Assembly (NCBI GenBank): GCA_964016885.1
Contig: OZ024742.1
Location: 338,892,001-338,956,000, forward strand
Length of the DNA stretch: 64,000 nucleotides
Direction: 5' to 3'
From: Eledone cirrhosa
Taxonomy: Eukaryota
The stretch's first letter is position 1, and the number at the start of each line of letters is the position of its first letter. The notes beneath the pieces were generated by a model. That model had not been told where the DNA came from. It did not search any database and was given only the letters and a program-made list of their open reading frames with translations. Both the position numbers and the translations under genes were made by a program. Shown here piece by piece: positions 1 through 13,065 of this stretch.

Positions 1-78
1 TACACATACATACATATACATATATATATATATATATATACACATACATATATATATATATATACACATACATACACA

Positions 79-160
<82 letters not shown>

Positions 161-195
161 CATATATACATATACACACATATATACACATACAC

Positions 196-258
<63 letters not shown>
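1..258. repeat. (TA)n/(TACA)n microsatellite
   Basis: Directly visible di/tetranucleotide tract; ORF 79-261 is its translation. Confidence 0.97.
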
Positions 259-260
<2 letters not shown>

Positions 261-344
261 AAAGTTTTATTTAAAATTGTTGGGATACAACAAGTAAATA
301 TTTTTATAACTGATATAAAGCACTCGACAAATATTTGGAGTAGA

Positions 345-585
345 TATACGATATTAATAAATGGAAACTATATTTATAAAACCATATTTATTTCATTATA
401 CATATTTCAGGGATACCAAATTAAATTATGGTATGCCTTCATCAGACAAAATACAATATATAACAGTTTTACAAATAAGCTTTGACGTACCCTTTTAAAA
501 TGCAACCATTGTTTTTGGAAGCCATCCGGATAGTGATTTGTTTATATTACTTTAATAAGTCATAGTGTTAAGGACAATTAGAAAA
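345..585 (-). repeat. Left inverted pLTR arm of PLE-1 (about 240 bp)
   Basis: Reverse complement of 2645-2885 with very few mismatches. Confidence 0.95.
390..452 (-). ncRNA. Type I minimal hammerhead ribozyme (inverted pLTR copy)
   Basis: Reverse complement of the hammerhead at 2778-2840. Confidence 0.8.
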
Positions 586-1034
586 GCAATATTCAATTGA
601 ATAACTGTAACTGTAGAAATAAATCTAACTGTCCTTTAAATAACAACTGCTTAGCTAAACATGTAGTGTACAATTGTAATGTGAAAACTAATTTAAATTC
701 ATTTAACTATGTTGGTTCTACCTCTACTGAATTTAAATTTCGCTTCAATAATCATAAAAATTCTTTCACAGATCCAAACAAAAAATCTTCAACTTCGCTA
801 TCTAGCCTACTATGGGACCTAAAACGAGATAATGTTAAATATTCGATGACTTGGAATATTATTTCATAAGCTACTCCTTTTAATTCCTCTTCAGAAAATT
901 GTGATCTTTGTATTGAAGAAATATTCTTTATATTAAAGTCCAAAAATTCCCTTAATTTAAGGAACAATTTATTCAGTTGCTGCAGACATAGATTGAACTC
1001 AACGTTTAAATATAAATATAAATTTAAAATGTAG
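586..1034 (+). pseudogene. PLE zinc-knuckle + GIY-YIG endonuclease fragment
   Basis: NCNCRNKSNCPLNNNCL-VVY...YVG...FKFRFNNHKNSF; after a premature TAA (867-869) the frame continues CDLCIEE...LN...CCRHR to TAG 1032-1034. Confidence 0.88.
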
Positions 1035-2128
1035 TATAATTAATTAAGTAATTTAGTTAATATATAAAACCTGTCGATAAATCATTAGATTCCTTCACCT
1101 TTTTCTTTTTAAACTTTCTTCCTAAATATAAACATAGATATAATAAACTACTTTAAAATGTCTATACTTACAATATCTTAAATAAAATATACGTAGGATA
1201 AATTTCTATACTAAATATAAGGATATCTGTAGAATCCTTGGGTCTTTTAAATCTTTTAAATTTTTGAATTTAAAAAATTTTTGAAATTTTTTTTGAAATT
1301 TTTTGAAATTTTGAAATTTTGAAATTTTGAAATTTTGAAATTATATTGATATAATATTTATTTAACTTTTATTTTATTTATATTTTTTTATTTTTTTATT
1401 TATTTTTATTAGTTTTGCTTTGATTCTGATAGCTTCTCATAATTCTCATAAGTCTACCCTTTCAATATCTTGATTGAAATATAAGTAGGATAATTTCCTA
1501 TACTAAATATATGAAACATTATTTTAACTTAAGATACTCTATAGTGTTTTAAAGATATTTAATGCTTTGACATTTCTAGAATTCGTTTGTCCTTTTGACT
1601 ATATTGATATAGTTGTATTTCCAAAATATAATCCTTTGGTATTTTAAATTTATATTGGTATAATTATATTTCCAAAGTATAATCCTTAGTAATATATTGA
1701 TATTTGATTATCTCTATACAAATGTCTATGTGTGTATTAACATGCATATAAAAGTGTTATAGGTTTTTTATGATTGTATATATGTCTGTATGTATACATG
1801 AGTGATGCGTGAAGACGCACGCAGATATTTATTTATACATATATAGGTGTATATGTATATGTGTGTGTGTATGTATGTGTGTGGGTAAGAGTTATGTTGC
1901 ATAACCACGCAGTTTGGATTGCAGATATGCATAATTTTAACAAAATGCTAAATGCATGAATGGTAATCATATATATGAAGACATGAATGTTAATCGTATA
2001 TATTTATGTATATATACTGTGAACTTTTTATAACACAAGGAATGTATAGCAATATTAAGAGAAAGCGTCTGCGTTTTATATGTCTATATTGTTGACTTGA
2101 GTAAATATAATTTCTATTTTCAGGACGT

Positions 2129-2178
<50 letters not shown>

Positions 2179-2644
2179 GTGTCTTTGCCTAAGTTACTGA
2201 CTTCTCTAGCAATGTGTACATTTTGGAGATTAAACCCAAATTTTGGTATATTGATCTCAAGTTTTAAACTAAACATATAGTCATTATTAAACAATGTTTA
2301 ATTTCTCATATTATATATTTATGTCCCATTCATGAATATTAATATTTATATTTTTATTATTCATTTCATATGAATTGTTAACTCAACTTAATATGACATG
2401 ACGTAAAGTTTTCATAATCTCCCTCTCTCTCTATATAATATTTCTCTCTCCTGAGTTTTTCTATCTGTCTGTTGACTTATTATCTCTCTGTTGCTTTCCT
2501 GTTTTTCTTATTTCTTCCCTTTTTCTTCTTTCTTCCTTTCCTCCTGTCTTTACTTATCTCCATCTTTTTTCTCCATGCATCTCTCTCTCTCCGATATTTC
2601 TCCACATTTTTTCTTTCTCTCCGTCTTTTTCTTTCTCTCCGTCT

Positions 2645-2881
2645 TTTTCTAATTGTCCTTAATACTATGACTAATTAAAGTAATATAAACAAATCACTAT
2701 CCGGATGGCTTCCAAAAACAATGGTTGCATTTTAAAAGGGTACGTCAAAGCTTATTTGTAAAACTGTTATATATTGTATTTTGTCTGATGAAGGCATACC
2801 ATAATTTAATTTGGTATCCCTGAAATATGTATAATGAAATAAATATGGTTTTATAAATATAGTTTCCATTTATTAATATCG

Positions 2882-2885
<4 letters not shown>
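2645..2885 (+). repeat. Right (3') pLTR of PLE-1
   Basis: Inverted partner of 345-585; ends directly at (TA)n. Confidence 0.93.
2778..2840 (+). ncRNA. Type I minimal hammerhead ribozyme
   Basis: ATTTTGT-CTGATGA-AGGCATACCA..TGGTATCCCT-GAAA-TATGTA-TA-ATGAAAT: intact core, stem I ATTTTGT/ATGAAAT, stem II ATACCA/TGGTAT, minimal stem III, AUA site at 2833. Confidence 0.82.
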
Positions 2886-3432
<547 letters not shown>

Positions 3433-3482
3433 CGGATTAACAAATAATAGTTAAATGCAGTCCACTTAGGTGAAGTCCAGTT

Positions 3483-5868
3483 ATGGTATTCCAGGTAGTG
3501 GATGATATTAACGCTTGGCTTGGTTTGACTCAACAAGGCGTTTTCATAGTGATGCTGCAGCTATGCTGTAATTCCTATGTTGTAAACACTTTCCGATGGA
3601 AAGCTTACCATTTCGATAAGGGACCGTATACCAACGGAGGGGAATTTTCCAAGGAGAATTACGGGTTTAAATCCTGCAAAAACCCGCCAAACAACCCCGC
3701 ACTCGATGCCTTCGAGCTGGACCTTATGAACATGATAAGTGAAACTAAATTTAAAAAAAGAACAAATCACAACAAATTGCAAAATGACTTAAATACATTA
3801 CTTAAAAAACTAAAAGACACTAACGGTATCATAGTAAAAGCAGACAAAACATCAAACGTATACTCTATGGACATTAACACATACAATAACTTTATTCAGC
3901 GTGAACTACATAAAAAATATAAAAAAACAAATGAATCTACACTCACCAGCATTAACATGGAGGGCCTCAAGATAGTTAATAAACTCGGAATTTCAGATAG
4001 GACCGAACCGCTTACCCCGTGCAACCCTACATTTAACCTGAAAGATCACAAAAATAACTTTGAAACTAATCCCACCATTAGATTAATATGCCCATCCAAG
4101 TCAGACATAGGTAAAATTAGCAAAAACATTCTAGATAGGGTAATCGCACAAATAAAGGGTAAACTAGAAATCAATTTATGGGGCAACACTAACGAGGCAA
4201 TTAAATGGTTCAATAAAATACAAAATAGGGAGACGTGTAACTTCATACAATTTGATATAGACGACTATTATGCATCCATATCCCCAGCTACCCTAGATAA
4301 GGCGCTTATATTTGCCCAAAATAACTCTGATCTTACCCATGATGAAATTGAAATAATAATAGCGGCTAGAAGGATTATCATAAAATTTGAAAATAACTAC
4401 TGGGTAAAAAAGGATAGAATAAATAGCTTCGATATAACAATGGGATCAAATGATTCTGCGCAAATTACAGATATCGTGGGGCTATTCATAGCACACAACC
4501 TACATAAGGAATTCAGTAACCTCCAAGGAGGAATTTATAGGGACGACACGTTACTTATAGCTAGGAACCTAAACAACCAGAGCATGGAAAGACTAAGGAA
4601 AAATATTAGAATATTCTTAAAAAAACTAGGCCTAAGTATTACCTACGAACTAAACCATAAGAAGGTAAATTTTCTAGATGTAACTCTAAATCTAAATACT
4701 GGATTAATAGAACCTTTCCACAAAAATAATGAAAATCTTGCCTACATTAGTTACAACTCAAATCACCCCAAATCCATAATTAAATCCATAGCACGTAGTA
4801 TATCCCTCCGAATATCCCGCTTATCCTCAAACCTAGAAATCTTTAACGAGCATGCTGACTATTATAATGCAGCATTAAGTAGGGCCGGTCATAAAGATAA
4901 ACTACAGTATATAGTGAATAAGGACAACATAAACAATCCTAGTAATTACTACTCCAACCGCTCACATAATAATAGGAATAGCTTGACTAGACATAGGGTT
5001 AGACATGTAACACCTGGAGTAAACGGCCAAAACACTAATAACGTAAACCCAAGAAACAATAGAAGAAACAGACAAAGAAAATACCTATGGTTCAACCCAA
5101 TATTCAACTCCTCTATAAAAACTAGACTGCCCTCTACATTCTTTAAACTAATAGATAAACACTTCCCTATCTCGCATAGATATCACAAAATACTCAATAG
5201 ATCTACTATTAAACTCTCATTCTCAACAGCAGCTAACATAGAATCACACATACGCAAGATCAACCACAGAAATATCTCTAGTAAATAAATTGCACCTATA
5301 CATAAGCACAAACTCATCACAACATCACAACCACAAGCGCATACAAACGCGCAGCAGCAAAACCCCATTGGGCATATATCACAACCCACTTATAACAGAG
5401 TACTAAACAGGAATATAAAAGCTGCACAAAATAGCGCCTCAAACTGTAACTGTCACCTCCCAGATAGGTGCCCATTGGCGAACAGATGTCTCGATTCGAG
5501 CCTGGTGTACATGTGCACTGTCATCTCGGGTAACTCCACCTGGAATTACATAGGATCCAACGGGTTCTTTTAAGAAAAGATGGTATGTGCACAGGCACTC
5601 AATGAAAAACCGTGCACTTATGGGTTCCACCACCCTCGCCAGAAAAATATGGGAATTGAAGGACAGCAACACTAACTACAGTATCAACTGGTCGAAGTTG
5701 TCGGCTGCTAAAACCTATAGTACAGGGATGTCCTATTGCGGGCTGTGTGATCTTGAGCTATTGTACATCCTTAGAAATGTTAAAAGGCTACTTAATAATA
5801 AGTTAGAAAGATCTATCTTCTGCAGACATAGAATAGCCACTAAATTCATAAGATTCAAACCTCCGTGA
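3483..5868 (+). pseudogene. PLE polyprotein: reverse transcriptase, CxC/CP/C zinc knuckle, GIY-YIG endonuclease; one nonsense and one frameshift lesion
   Basis: RWKAYHF, KADK, FDIDDYYASI, TMGSNDSAQITD, IYRDD, NFLDVTL, SNHP, WFNP. After TAA 5286-5288 the frame continues to NCNCHLPDRCPLANRCL-LVY...YIGS; frameshift near 5560 leads to FKKRWYVH...CGLC...LLN...CRHR (stop 5868). The first ~35 aa of the ORF may not be native. Confidence 0.93.
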
Positions 5869-6632
5869 ATCGAACCAACATAACATAGCTTTAAATTAGG
5901 ATACCTACTACCCACAGAAATATATTCATTAAGTATACTATATCCTTCACAAGTCTATACCACACAATTGTCTGTAAGTACCTCATCTACCAACAATCTT
6001 ACTCCTTCTCAGCTGCTGCCATCATTTGATCCTAAATCCTAGTTTTTCTCATTTCACTACTACAATGTTACTTTACCTTCTTTTTGCCTTAATTACAATT
6101 AGCACGCTTTTCTCTTTGCATGTATGTATATTTTTGTACGAGTGTATATTGATGTGTATGTATGTGTCTATGTACACATGCATGTGTATATATGTGTATA
6201 TATATTTATATATATATGTGTGTGTGTGTGTATGTGTATGTGTGTGTGCGTAAATATATGCGTATATTAATTCGTTAACCTCTGTATTAACTCTACAACT
6301 ATTTAGCTTTGACAGTGGTCCCACTCATGTATACTGTTGAAGATGAGGAGAAAGACTGTAAAAACTAGCTTATCTTTATAATTTAAAATTGATATACACT
6401 ACGATACTCTGTACATGTCAACGCTTCATTTTGCCTTATGACAGCTAGTTTTCACGCCGTAACATTAGATACATTATATACCCCTCACCTAAGTAATGTC
6501 AGGGTCTCCTTAAATAATTTATTGATAGCATTGTTGTAATTGTTGTTATTGTTCTAATTGAATGCCATTACTACTTAAGATAGTAGCCTGTATTTTCTTT
6601 TCTTTTCTTGCCTGTGTATTTTTTTCATTCTC

Positions 6633-6747
6633 GCATGCTCCGAAGATCTGACTGGTTATAATTCTGTATTGGCGATCGAGTAACGCAAAATTAAGCGGAT
6701 AGCGATCTCTAGACATACCAGTTCAGTGAAACAAATGTAAGCTATGT
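6633..6747 (+). ncRNA. Type I hammerhead variant with extended stem II (core CCGAAGA)
   Basis: GCATGCT-CCGAAGA-TCTGACTGGT...ACCAGTTCAGT-GAAA-CAAATG-TA-AGCTATGT; one core deviation from CUGANGA. Confidence 0.65.
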
Positions 6748-6794
6748 GATTAAAAACTTTTTTGTATAGCAAACCATGTAAACCTTCTTTCCTG

Positions 6795-6796
<2 letters not shown>

Positions 6797-6834
<38 letters not shown>

Positions 6835-7100
6835 CATGGTGGCTGCCAACTCGTTTTCGTGTACGGTCACTACTTTACGGTCACACACATACATACATAC
6901 ATACATACATACATACATACATACATACATACATACATACATACATACATACATACATACATACATACATGCATACATACATACATACATACATACATAC
7001 ATACATACATACATACCTACATACATACATATATATATATACATACCTACATACATACATACATACATAAATATTTACATACTGACATACATACATATAC
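6797..7100. repeat. (TA)n then (TACA)n microsatellite with a ~45-bp unique spacer
   Basis: Directly visible. Confidence 0.95.
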
Positions 7101-10100
7101 AGTCAACGCGATCAGCCGCACATTTTGGCGTCGGAGACTATTCATTAAATTTAAGATGAATACTATCTCTGAGAGTAATGCCACAACTACCAGTCATGTT
7201 GAATAACTGGATATTCTTCTAACTATATTCACTGAAGACACCTTTTATTCGAATTCGTAGAGATATCCGACTAAATACATAATCCATTTTACAAGGATTT
7301 GCTACACAACATCAACTGAACACAACATCAACATCAACTGAACACAACATCAACAACAACAACAGTGGAATACCGAAGAAAAACGAGAAAGCTAAACAAA
7401 ATTTATTCAGTTGTAGCTACAGAAGAATCCGAAATTTTAAATCGCATTTCTCTTGGAGTTGCGAACTTAATAATGATTTGTTTAATTGTTATAAAATGGC
7501 AAAAAACAATCCCTCCATTGGCTATATGAACAAATGAAGCTACACTGGGACGAAATTCACCCAGAGCTAAATCACTTCACAGCGAAACAATTACGCCAAC
7601 AAGCGACGTTTGTTGAACGTAAAAAATAAGATAAATATTATATGGAATCAACAACACGTTCTACAGGTCGCCATGCTACTAGACTTCCTAGCAACCAAGT
7701 CGAACAGTGCCTTGAAACAACTATGCCTATAAGAAATTTGACACCACCTGTACCATCTAAGTCTACCTCGAAACACTATCGATAATAATAATAATCGAAG
7801 AAATTTGACACCACGTGTACCATCCGAGTCAACCTCGACTGTTATGGAAAATACTATCGATAATGATAATAATCAAAAGTATAAACAATTGAAAATTTCC
7901 CTCAACAAAATCTTATCTCCCAGAGAGAAAATAATTCCTGTATAAACATTTCTCTTGCAGAACGTATTAAAACAATAATATTTAATAAAAAACCAAATAA
8001 TGAAATATTACGTGTTATTGACGAAATAGGGGATGAATATTTACGACGGATAAAAACCCCAACATTTTAGCAAATCAACGCCTGTTTATATGCCTTAGCA
8101 ACGACAGTGAAGCATTATCTTGGTGATAGCAGAGATATTATCAAGAACAAAACACCACCAAAAATACCATCATATATAACTACAATAGAAAAAAAGATTG
8201 CGGACCTACGAAAAACCATAGGATATGTGATAATGCTCCTTACATGCAAACAAACACTAAAAAACTTCACTCCTCACCAACAAAGAGTGAAAATAAAATA
8301 GAGATGATGTTTGGTAACAGTAGAACCAGAACTCTTCAAGGTAGATGAAAGAAAAGTGCTTAATAGAGATATGAAGGGCAAAATAATAAGTGTCACTGAA
8401 GTCCCATCCCAGAAAGACATAGATTCCTTTTGGTGAAAAATATGGGGTGAAAAGAAGAATTTTAACCAAGATGCAGTGTTGCTAAAAGAAATCCGAAAGA
8501 ACTATTGCTCCTACACTACAACAAAAACATACGAAATAAATGAGGGTACCCTTGAGACTGTGATAGGAAAACTCCAAGATAAGAAAACACCAGGAAGAGA
8601 CATGATTGTCGGCTACTGGTACACAAAACTGATATTCTATCGGAGTTTTCTTATCGACCTCTACCAAAAAGTTCTTAAGGGAAATACTTTTAATGGTTGA
8701 CAATAGCACAAATATTACTGGTCCCCAAGAACAAAGACACCCACCTGGCAAAAAACTACCGACACATTGCATGCGAGAACCTGATGTATAAGATGTATAC
8801 AGCCTGCCTGAACCTATTCCTCCAAGATCACTGTGAAAATAACAACATCATCACAGATGAACAAGCAGCTGGAAAGAAAGGAGGAATATGGCTACAGTCT
8901 GGCTGGACTACAGGAAAGCTTTCGATTCTGTTCCCCACTCTTGGATGATAGAGGCCCTCCGACTCGCTAAAGTCCCATACATTATTATCAGAGCCATAGA
9001 GAAGCTGTCTTCTTCTTGGGCTACTATCCTAAAGTTAAAGACAGAGAAGGAGGACTCTATTTTCACTGGTAAAATAAAATATCGCAGGGGTATAGTTCAA
9101 GGAGACAGTCTTTCTATGATATTATTCATCCTGTCATTAAACCCCTTGTCCTTTCTGCTCAAGAAATGTGAAGGATACATCATTGGCTCACAGGAGAACA
9201 GAAATACGAACCTAACCCATAATTTCTTTGTGGATGATCTGAAACTCTATGCCAAGAACATGGATGGGATGAAGAAACATCTTGACCTGGTTACAACATT
9301 CTCAAAGGTTATAGGAATGAAGTTTGGCCAAGATAAATGCTCATAAATGACTGTAAAGCGGAGAAAAACAACAACCCAATCTAGCAACATTTGTATCAAT
9401 GGCCTAACTGTTTCACCGATAACTGATGAGGACTGCTACAGATACCTGGGGATAGATGAGAACATATCGTATAATGGTATCTGTAATAAGGAACGCGTAA
9501 CCAGGGAATACTACACCCGATTAAGAAAGATTTAGTCATCGGAACTCTCTGCGCAAAACAAAACAGTGGCTTACAATTTGTTTGCTGTGCCTGTCCTAAC
9601 ACCAACGTTTGGAATACTCAATTGGACGATAGACGAAATCCGAGTAATTGATGTTAGAACTCGAAAAATACTAAACAACACCGGAAACTTCCACATCAAC
9701 AATGACATAGACCGCCTCTACTTGAAACGTAGGCAGGGAGGCAGAGGCCTAACATCAGTCCAGACAGCATTTGAATGTCGCATCATATCCCTCCGACAAC
9801 ATCTACGAACCTCAAAGCGTAGGAGCCGATCTATTGAGCAAGTCTATCTGCATGAAACAGATAAGATCATGAGAGTTGGGAAGAAACTCCTCGATAGATA
9901 TTCCCTGTGTGATAATGAAAAACTCACACCCAGGGAAGTCGCTCAGCAGTATCGCAGTGAATCCATGGCTGAAAAACTGCATGCCTATCAGCAAAACATC
10001 ATGCATGGATATGTTGCCAGGAAGCTCCAGAGTGAGAGTAATATAGATAAGGAAAGTAGTCTATCTTGGACCAACAACCGCTATATTGGCTTCCACTTTG

Positions 10101-11014
10101 AAGGATACGCTTTTGCAATCCAAGAAAAGGAAATCAACACGAAATACCTGATTCACAAAAGAGATAGGGATGCAGGCAAAACACCTAGATGTGATAACAA
10201 GTGCAGACTCTGCAGAATTAACATCGAAGATGTCACCCATGTCATAAGCAGCTGTCCAAAGATGTCATCGCTGTACTATCTACCTATGAGGCATGATGTA
10301 GTGGCCTAAACACTGTACAATGCAGTTCGTAAAAAAGATAGCCCCGATAATAAACACATTAAAAGCTGCAACAATGTGGAAGACATACATATACATAATA
10401 AGAAAGAGTACTGGTGGAATGTTTCAATAAAAATCCCAATAAAATGCAGGAATAACAGATCAGATATAATGATATGGGACAGGGAACAGAAGACATGCAC
10501 AGTAGTGGAAGTTAGCTGCCCAGCAGATGCCAATATAATATCAAAGATTAGTGAAAAGGAGAATATTTATGCAGAACTGATGAGAAATCTGCAAATACTC
10601 CACACTGATTATACCTTCAGATTTATGCCTGTGATTATTGGGGCACTGGGATATGTTAGTAACTGCCTCAATACAAATCTTGCGAAGCTAGGCTTCACAG
10701 GAACAGAAAGAACACAACTAGTTAGGAAATTACAAGTACAATCTATTAATGGAATAGTAAAAATATGTAAAACATTCCAAAACATTTGCATCTAATAACT
10801 GCATATACACATGTACAGATACAAAGCATATACACATGCACAGATGCAACTCAAAACATCCACACATACAATAACATCCATATCTACACACGCATGCATA
10901 CATAATCTACCTAGTTGATGTTGTGTAAATTCCAATGAGAGAGTCTTGTGTCTATGTTAGAAACCGACTCTCTCTCTATTGGCAAAAATGTGTGAAATTA
11001 TAAAACCAGAAGAA
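7101..11014 (+). mobile_element. R4/Dong-clade non-LTR retrotransposon (RT + CCHC + restriction-like endonuclease), near full length, degraded, in (TACA)n
   Basis: Collinear fragments: HWDEIHPELNHFTAKQLRQQ; KTPGRD; LVPK..NYRHIAC; WLDYRKAFDSVPH; GIVQGDSLS; FVDDLKLY; YRYLG; GGRGL; CRLC..EDVTHVISSCP..RHD; NNRSDIMIWD..VEVSCP..KENIY..IIGALG. Confidence 0.9.
7440..10795 (+). pseudogene. R4/Dong single ORF with multiple stops/frameshifts
   Basis: ORF pieces 8107-8301, 8476-8700, 8697-8948, 8888-9346, 9347-9535, 9566-10309, 10376-10795 in RT-ZnK-REL order; start approximate. Confidence 0.88.
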
Positions 11015-11786
11015 CATACATACATACCTACCTAGATACATACATACATGCGTACATACATACATACACACGTACATACATATACACACATGCCTACCTA
11101 CCTACCTACCAACATACATACACAACGCGCCTCTGCAGAGTTTAGTCTATATTTTATGGCAATCATTAATGTCTGCTTCGTATCCTCTGAGTATTAATGT
11201 TTTCTCAATAATCAAATATTTTGAAATTCTACGTATTTTATATTTCCATTTTACATCCTTTTAATGTATATCTTCCTTTATGAATGACTGATCTTTATGT
11301 TTCTGTTAAGGCCACCTAGACACCCGCCTATGGTGCTGGTTTCAGGGAGCCACACTACTTATTTAACCTTAAAGGATCAGAGTTTTCTACACAATTGTAT
11401 AATCAAATAAAATATTTAATAATTTTCTGCGATCAATAAATAATTCACTAAACATTCTTTGTTGCGTAGAAGCTTTTTGGAAATATCCCAAATGTTGAAG
11501 AGGGTCATATTGTACGATGACTTGGTATGAGTGAGATTTGGCGTGAGTGAGTGTGGTCTATGTAGTAGAAAATATAGGGTTTGTAATTTTCTTAATGCAG
11601 AAAGAGAAAAGAAATATAAAAAAATAGGTTTGTTAGTTTGCCAAACTGGAAATTGAAATTATTATATTTGGGAAAATGGGGGTGAATACTGTAGAGGTAG
11701 CTTAGGGCGTTATATACCTCGAAATCGGCTCTGGTTATAAACTCTCATTTGCGTTGGTTTAATCTATTTCCGTGTTTCTATATAGA

Positions 11787-11890
11787 CGTAATGAATTGGC
11801 AGAGTCAATAGAACGTCGGATAGAATGCTTTGCGGCCTTCGTTTCGACTCTCTGCTCCCTTAGTTCAAATCGCTCCGAGGTTTTCCTAAA
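11787..11890 (+). mobile_element. Diverged partial tRNA-derived SINE (family A)
   Basis: GAATTGGCAGAGTC A-box-like head and AGTTCAAATC B-box; similar to 12697-12910. Confidence 0.6.
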
Positions 11891-11974
11891 TCCGAGCTCG
11901 ATAAAATGTACCCGTCTAGTATTGGGATGGATTCTTCCTCTATATCTCTTTCTCACTTCCATTCGCCCACCCTC

Positions 11975-12060
11975 TCTTCCCTTCTTTGGAAGAAATCTGC
12001 TGTATTCAGACCTGGAGAGGATGGGGCTCCACCAGGCTTAAAAATGTCCTAGAAACGCCC
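11975..12060 (+). repeat. Unclassified dispersed repeat, second copy near 26550-26635
   Basis: Shared TGGAAG...TCAGACCTGGAGA(A)GGATG...CCA.CA.G.TTAAAA. Confidence 0.6.
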
Positions 12061-12120
12061 TATATCAATACGGCGCCCCTACGACTCCCTCAGGAGTTAC
12101 AGGACCATGCATGCACATAG

Positions 12121-12650
12121 ACGTAGGAATGGCTGTGTGCTTAAGGAGCTCACCTCGCAACCATGTGGTTCAGAGTCCAGTTCCACTGCCTGGCAGCTTG
12201 GGAAAATGATTTATACTAGAATACCGTGCGGCCCATCACTTTGTTAGCGAAAATTGGTAGACAGGAACTGTGTAGAAGCCCACCGCATGGATTGTATCTG
12301 CAATTCAAAAACCCCAGCGTTTTCATACATTGCCATTCTGAATTTCCATGAGAATTACGTTAAGGGTATACATATCTGTGGAAGGCTCTGGCGTTTGCGC
12401 ACTATTTTACGTGTAGGCTGTTCCGATGATCCCACAACCAGAACGCCCATCATTGAAACAGATACATACTGAATTGGAACAGATACATATTTCCAGCTAG
12501 GTATAGTGAGTCTGCATGGGAATTACGTTAAGATTCCACGCGTCTGTGGATCTCTGGAATACTCAGCCACATGCCCGTAAATTCTACGAGCATGCTCTTC
12601 CGTTAATCGAACACCTGGAAAAGTAATCGTCGAAACTGACGGAGGTCCAT
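12121..12650 (+). mobile_element. tRNA-derived SINE (family B, resembles octopus OR-type SINEs) followed by a duplicated ~160-bp tail segment
   Basis: TGGCTGTGTG A-box-like, GTCCAGTTCC B-box-like, TTGGTAGACAGGAACTG..AGAAGCCC; GAATTACGTTAAG..TCTGTGGA..GTTCCG/CTTCCG occurs twice. Family name from recall. Confidence 0.65.
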
Positions 12651-12696
12651 ATACATTTATATTCATTTTCCTTATCTAGTATTATTGGTTGTTTGA

Positions 12697-12910
12697 GAGA
12701 AGTGAATTGGCAGTATCGGTAGAGCGTCGGACAACATGCTTTAGGGCATAAGGTTACGCCTCTTTACGATATGAGTTCAAATCCTGTCGAGGTTAGCTTT
12801 GCCTTTCATCCTTACAGGGGTCGATAAAATAAAATACCAGTAACACACTGAGGTCGGTTTAATCGACTTTTCTCTCCCTCAAATTGTTGGCCTCGTGTCT
12901 AAATCAGAAA
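12697..12910 (+). mobile_element. tRNA-derived SINE (family A), full length
   Basis: TGGCAGTATCGG A-box, GAGTTCAAATCC B-box (12773-12784), body GCCTTTCATCCTT..GGGGTCGATAAAATAAAATACCAG; further copies at 17190 and 26198. Confidence 0.85.
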
Positions 12911-12939
12911 GCAATATTATTGGTTGTTTGTATTTTATG

Positions 12940-13065
12940 AAGGCAGTCGATTTGGCAGAGCCTTTACGGCGTTGGATCGGTGTATCTACGTTCTGTGTTC
13001 AAATCTCAACGAGGTTCGATTTGTTTTTCATCCTTTCGGGGTTGATAAAAGAATTACTGTCCCAT
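12940..13065 (+). mobile_element. Diverged partial SINE (family A)
   Basis: TTGGCAGAG, GTTCAAATC, TTTCATCCTTTCGGGGTTGATAAAA. Confidence 0.7.

Larger units (their letters stand above)
3433..6796 (+). mobile_element. Near full-length Penelope-like element (Naiad-type), RT + GIY-YIG, in (TA)n (PLE-2)
   Basis: RT ORF, downstream endonuclease, 3' UTR with hammerhead-like motif at 6633-6747, flanked by (TA)n. Confidence 0.9.

Noticed and set aside
1255-1345. (TTTTGAAA)n as a telomere-like or functional repeat
   Set aside because: Short slippage tract within the PLE-1 UTR; not a known telomeric motif.
5286-5288. Programmed selenocysteine or readthrough codon in PLE-2
   Set aside because: It is TAA in a non-conserved linker, all knuckle cysteines are TGT/TGC, and a frameshift follows; simple decay is more likely.
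3483-5288. Telomerase, group II intron or bacterial retron RT
   Set aside because: KADK, YRDD, SNHP, WFNP motifs and the downstream GIY-YIG identify a PLE.
6340-6455. SECIS element in PLE-2 3' UTR (ATGA...AAAAA; AAAACTAGCT/AGCTAGTTTT stem)
   Set aside because: No closing GA for the kink-turn quartet and poor upper-stem pairing.
7101-7200. HDV-like ribozyme at the R4/Dong 5' end
   Set aside because: Could not trace the nested double pseudoknot by eye; would need an RNAmotif/Infernal search.
12697-12790. tRNA genes at SINE heads
   Set aside because: A/B boxes present but no cloverleaf, and each continues into a shared SINE body.
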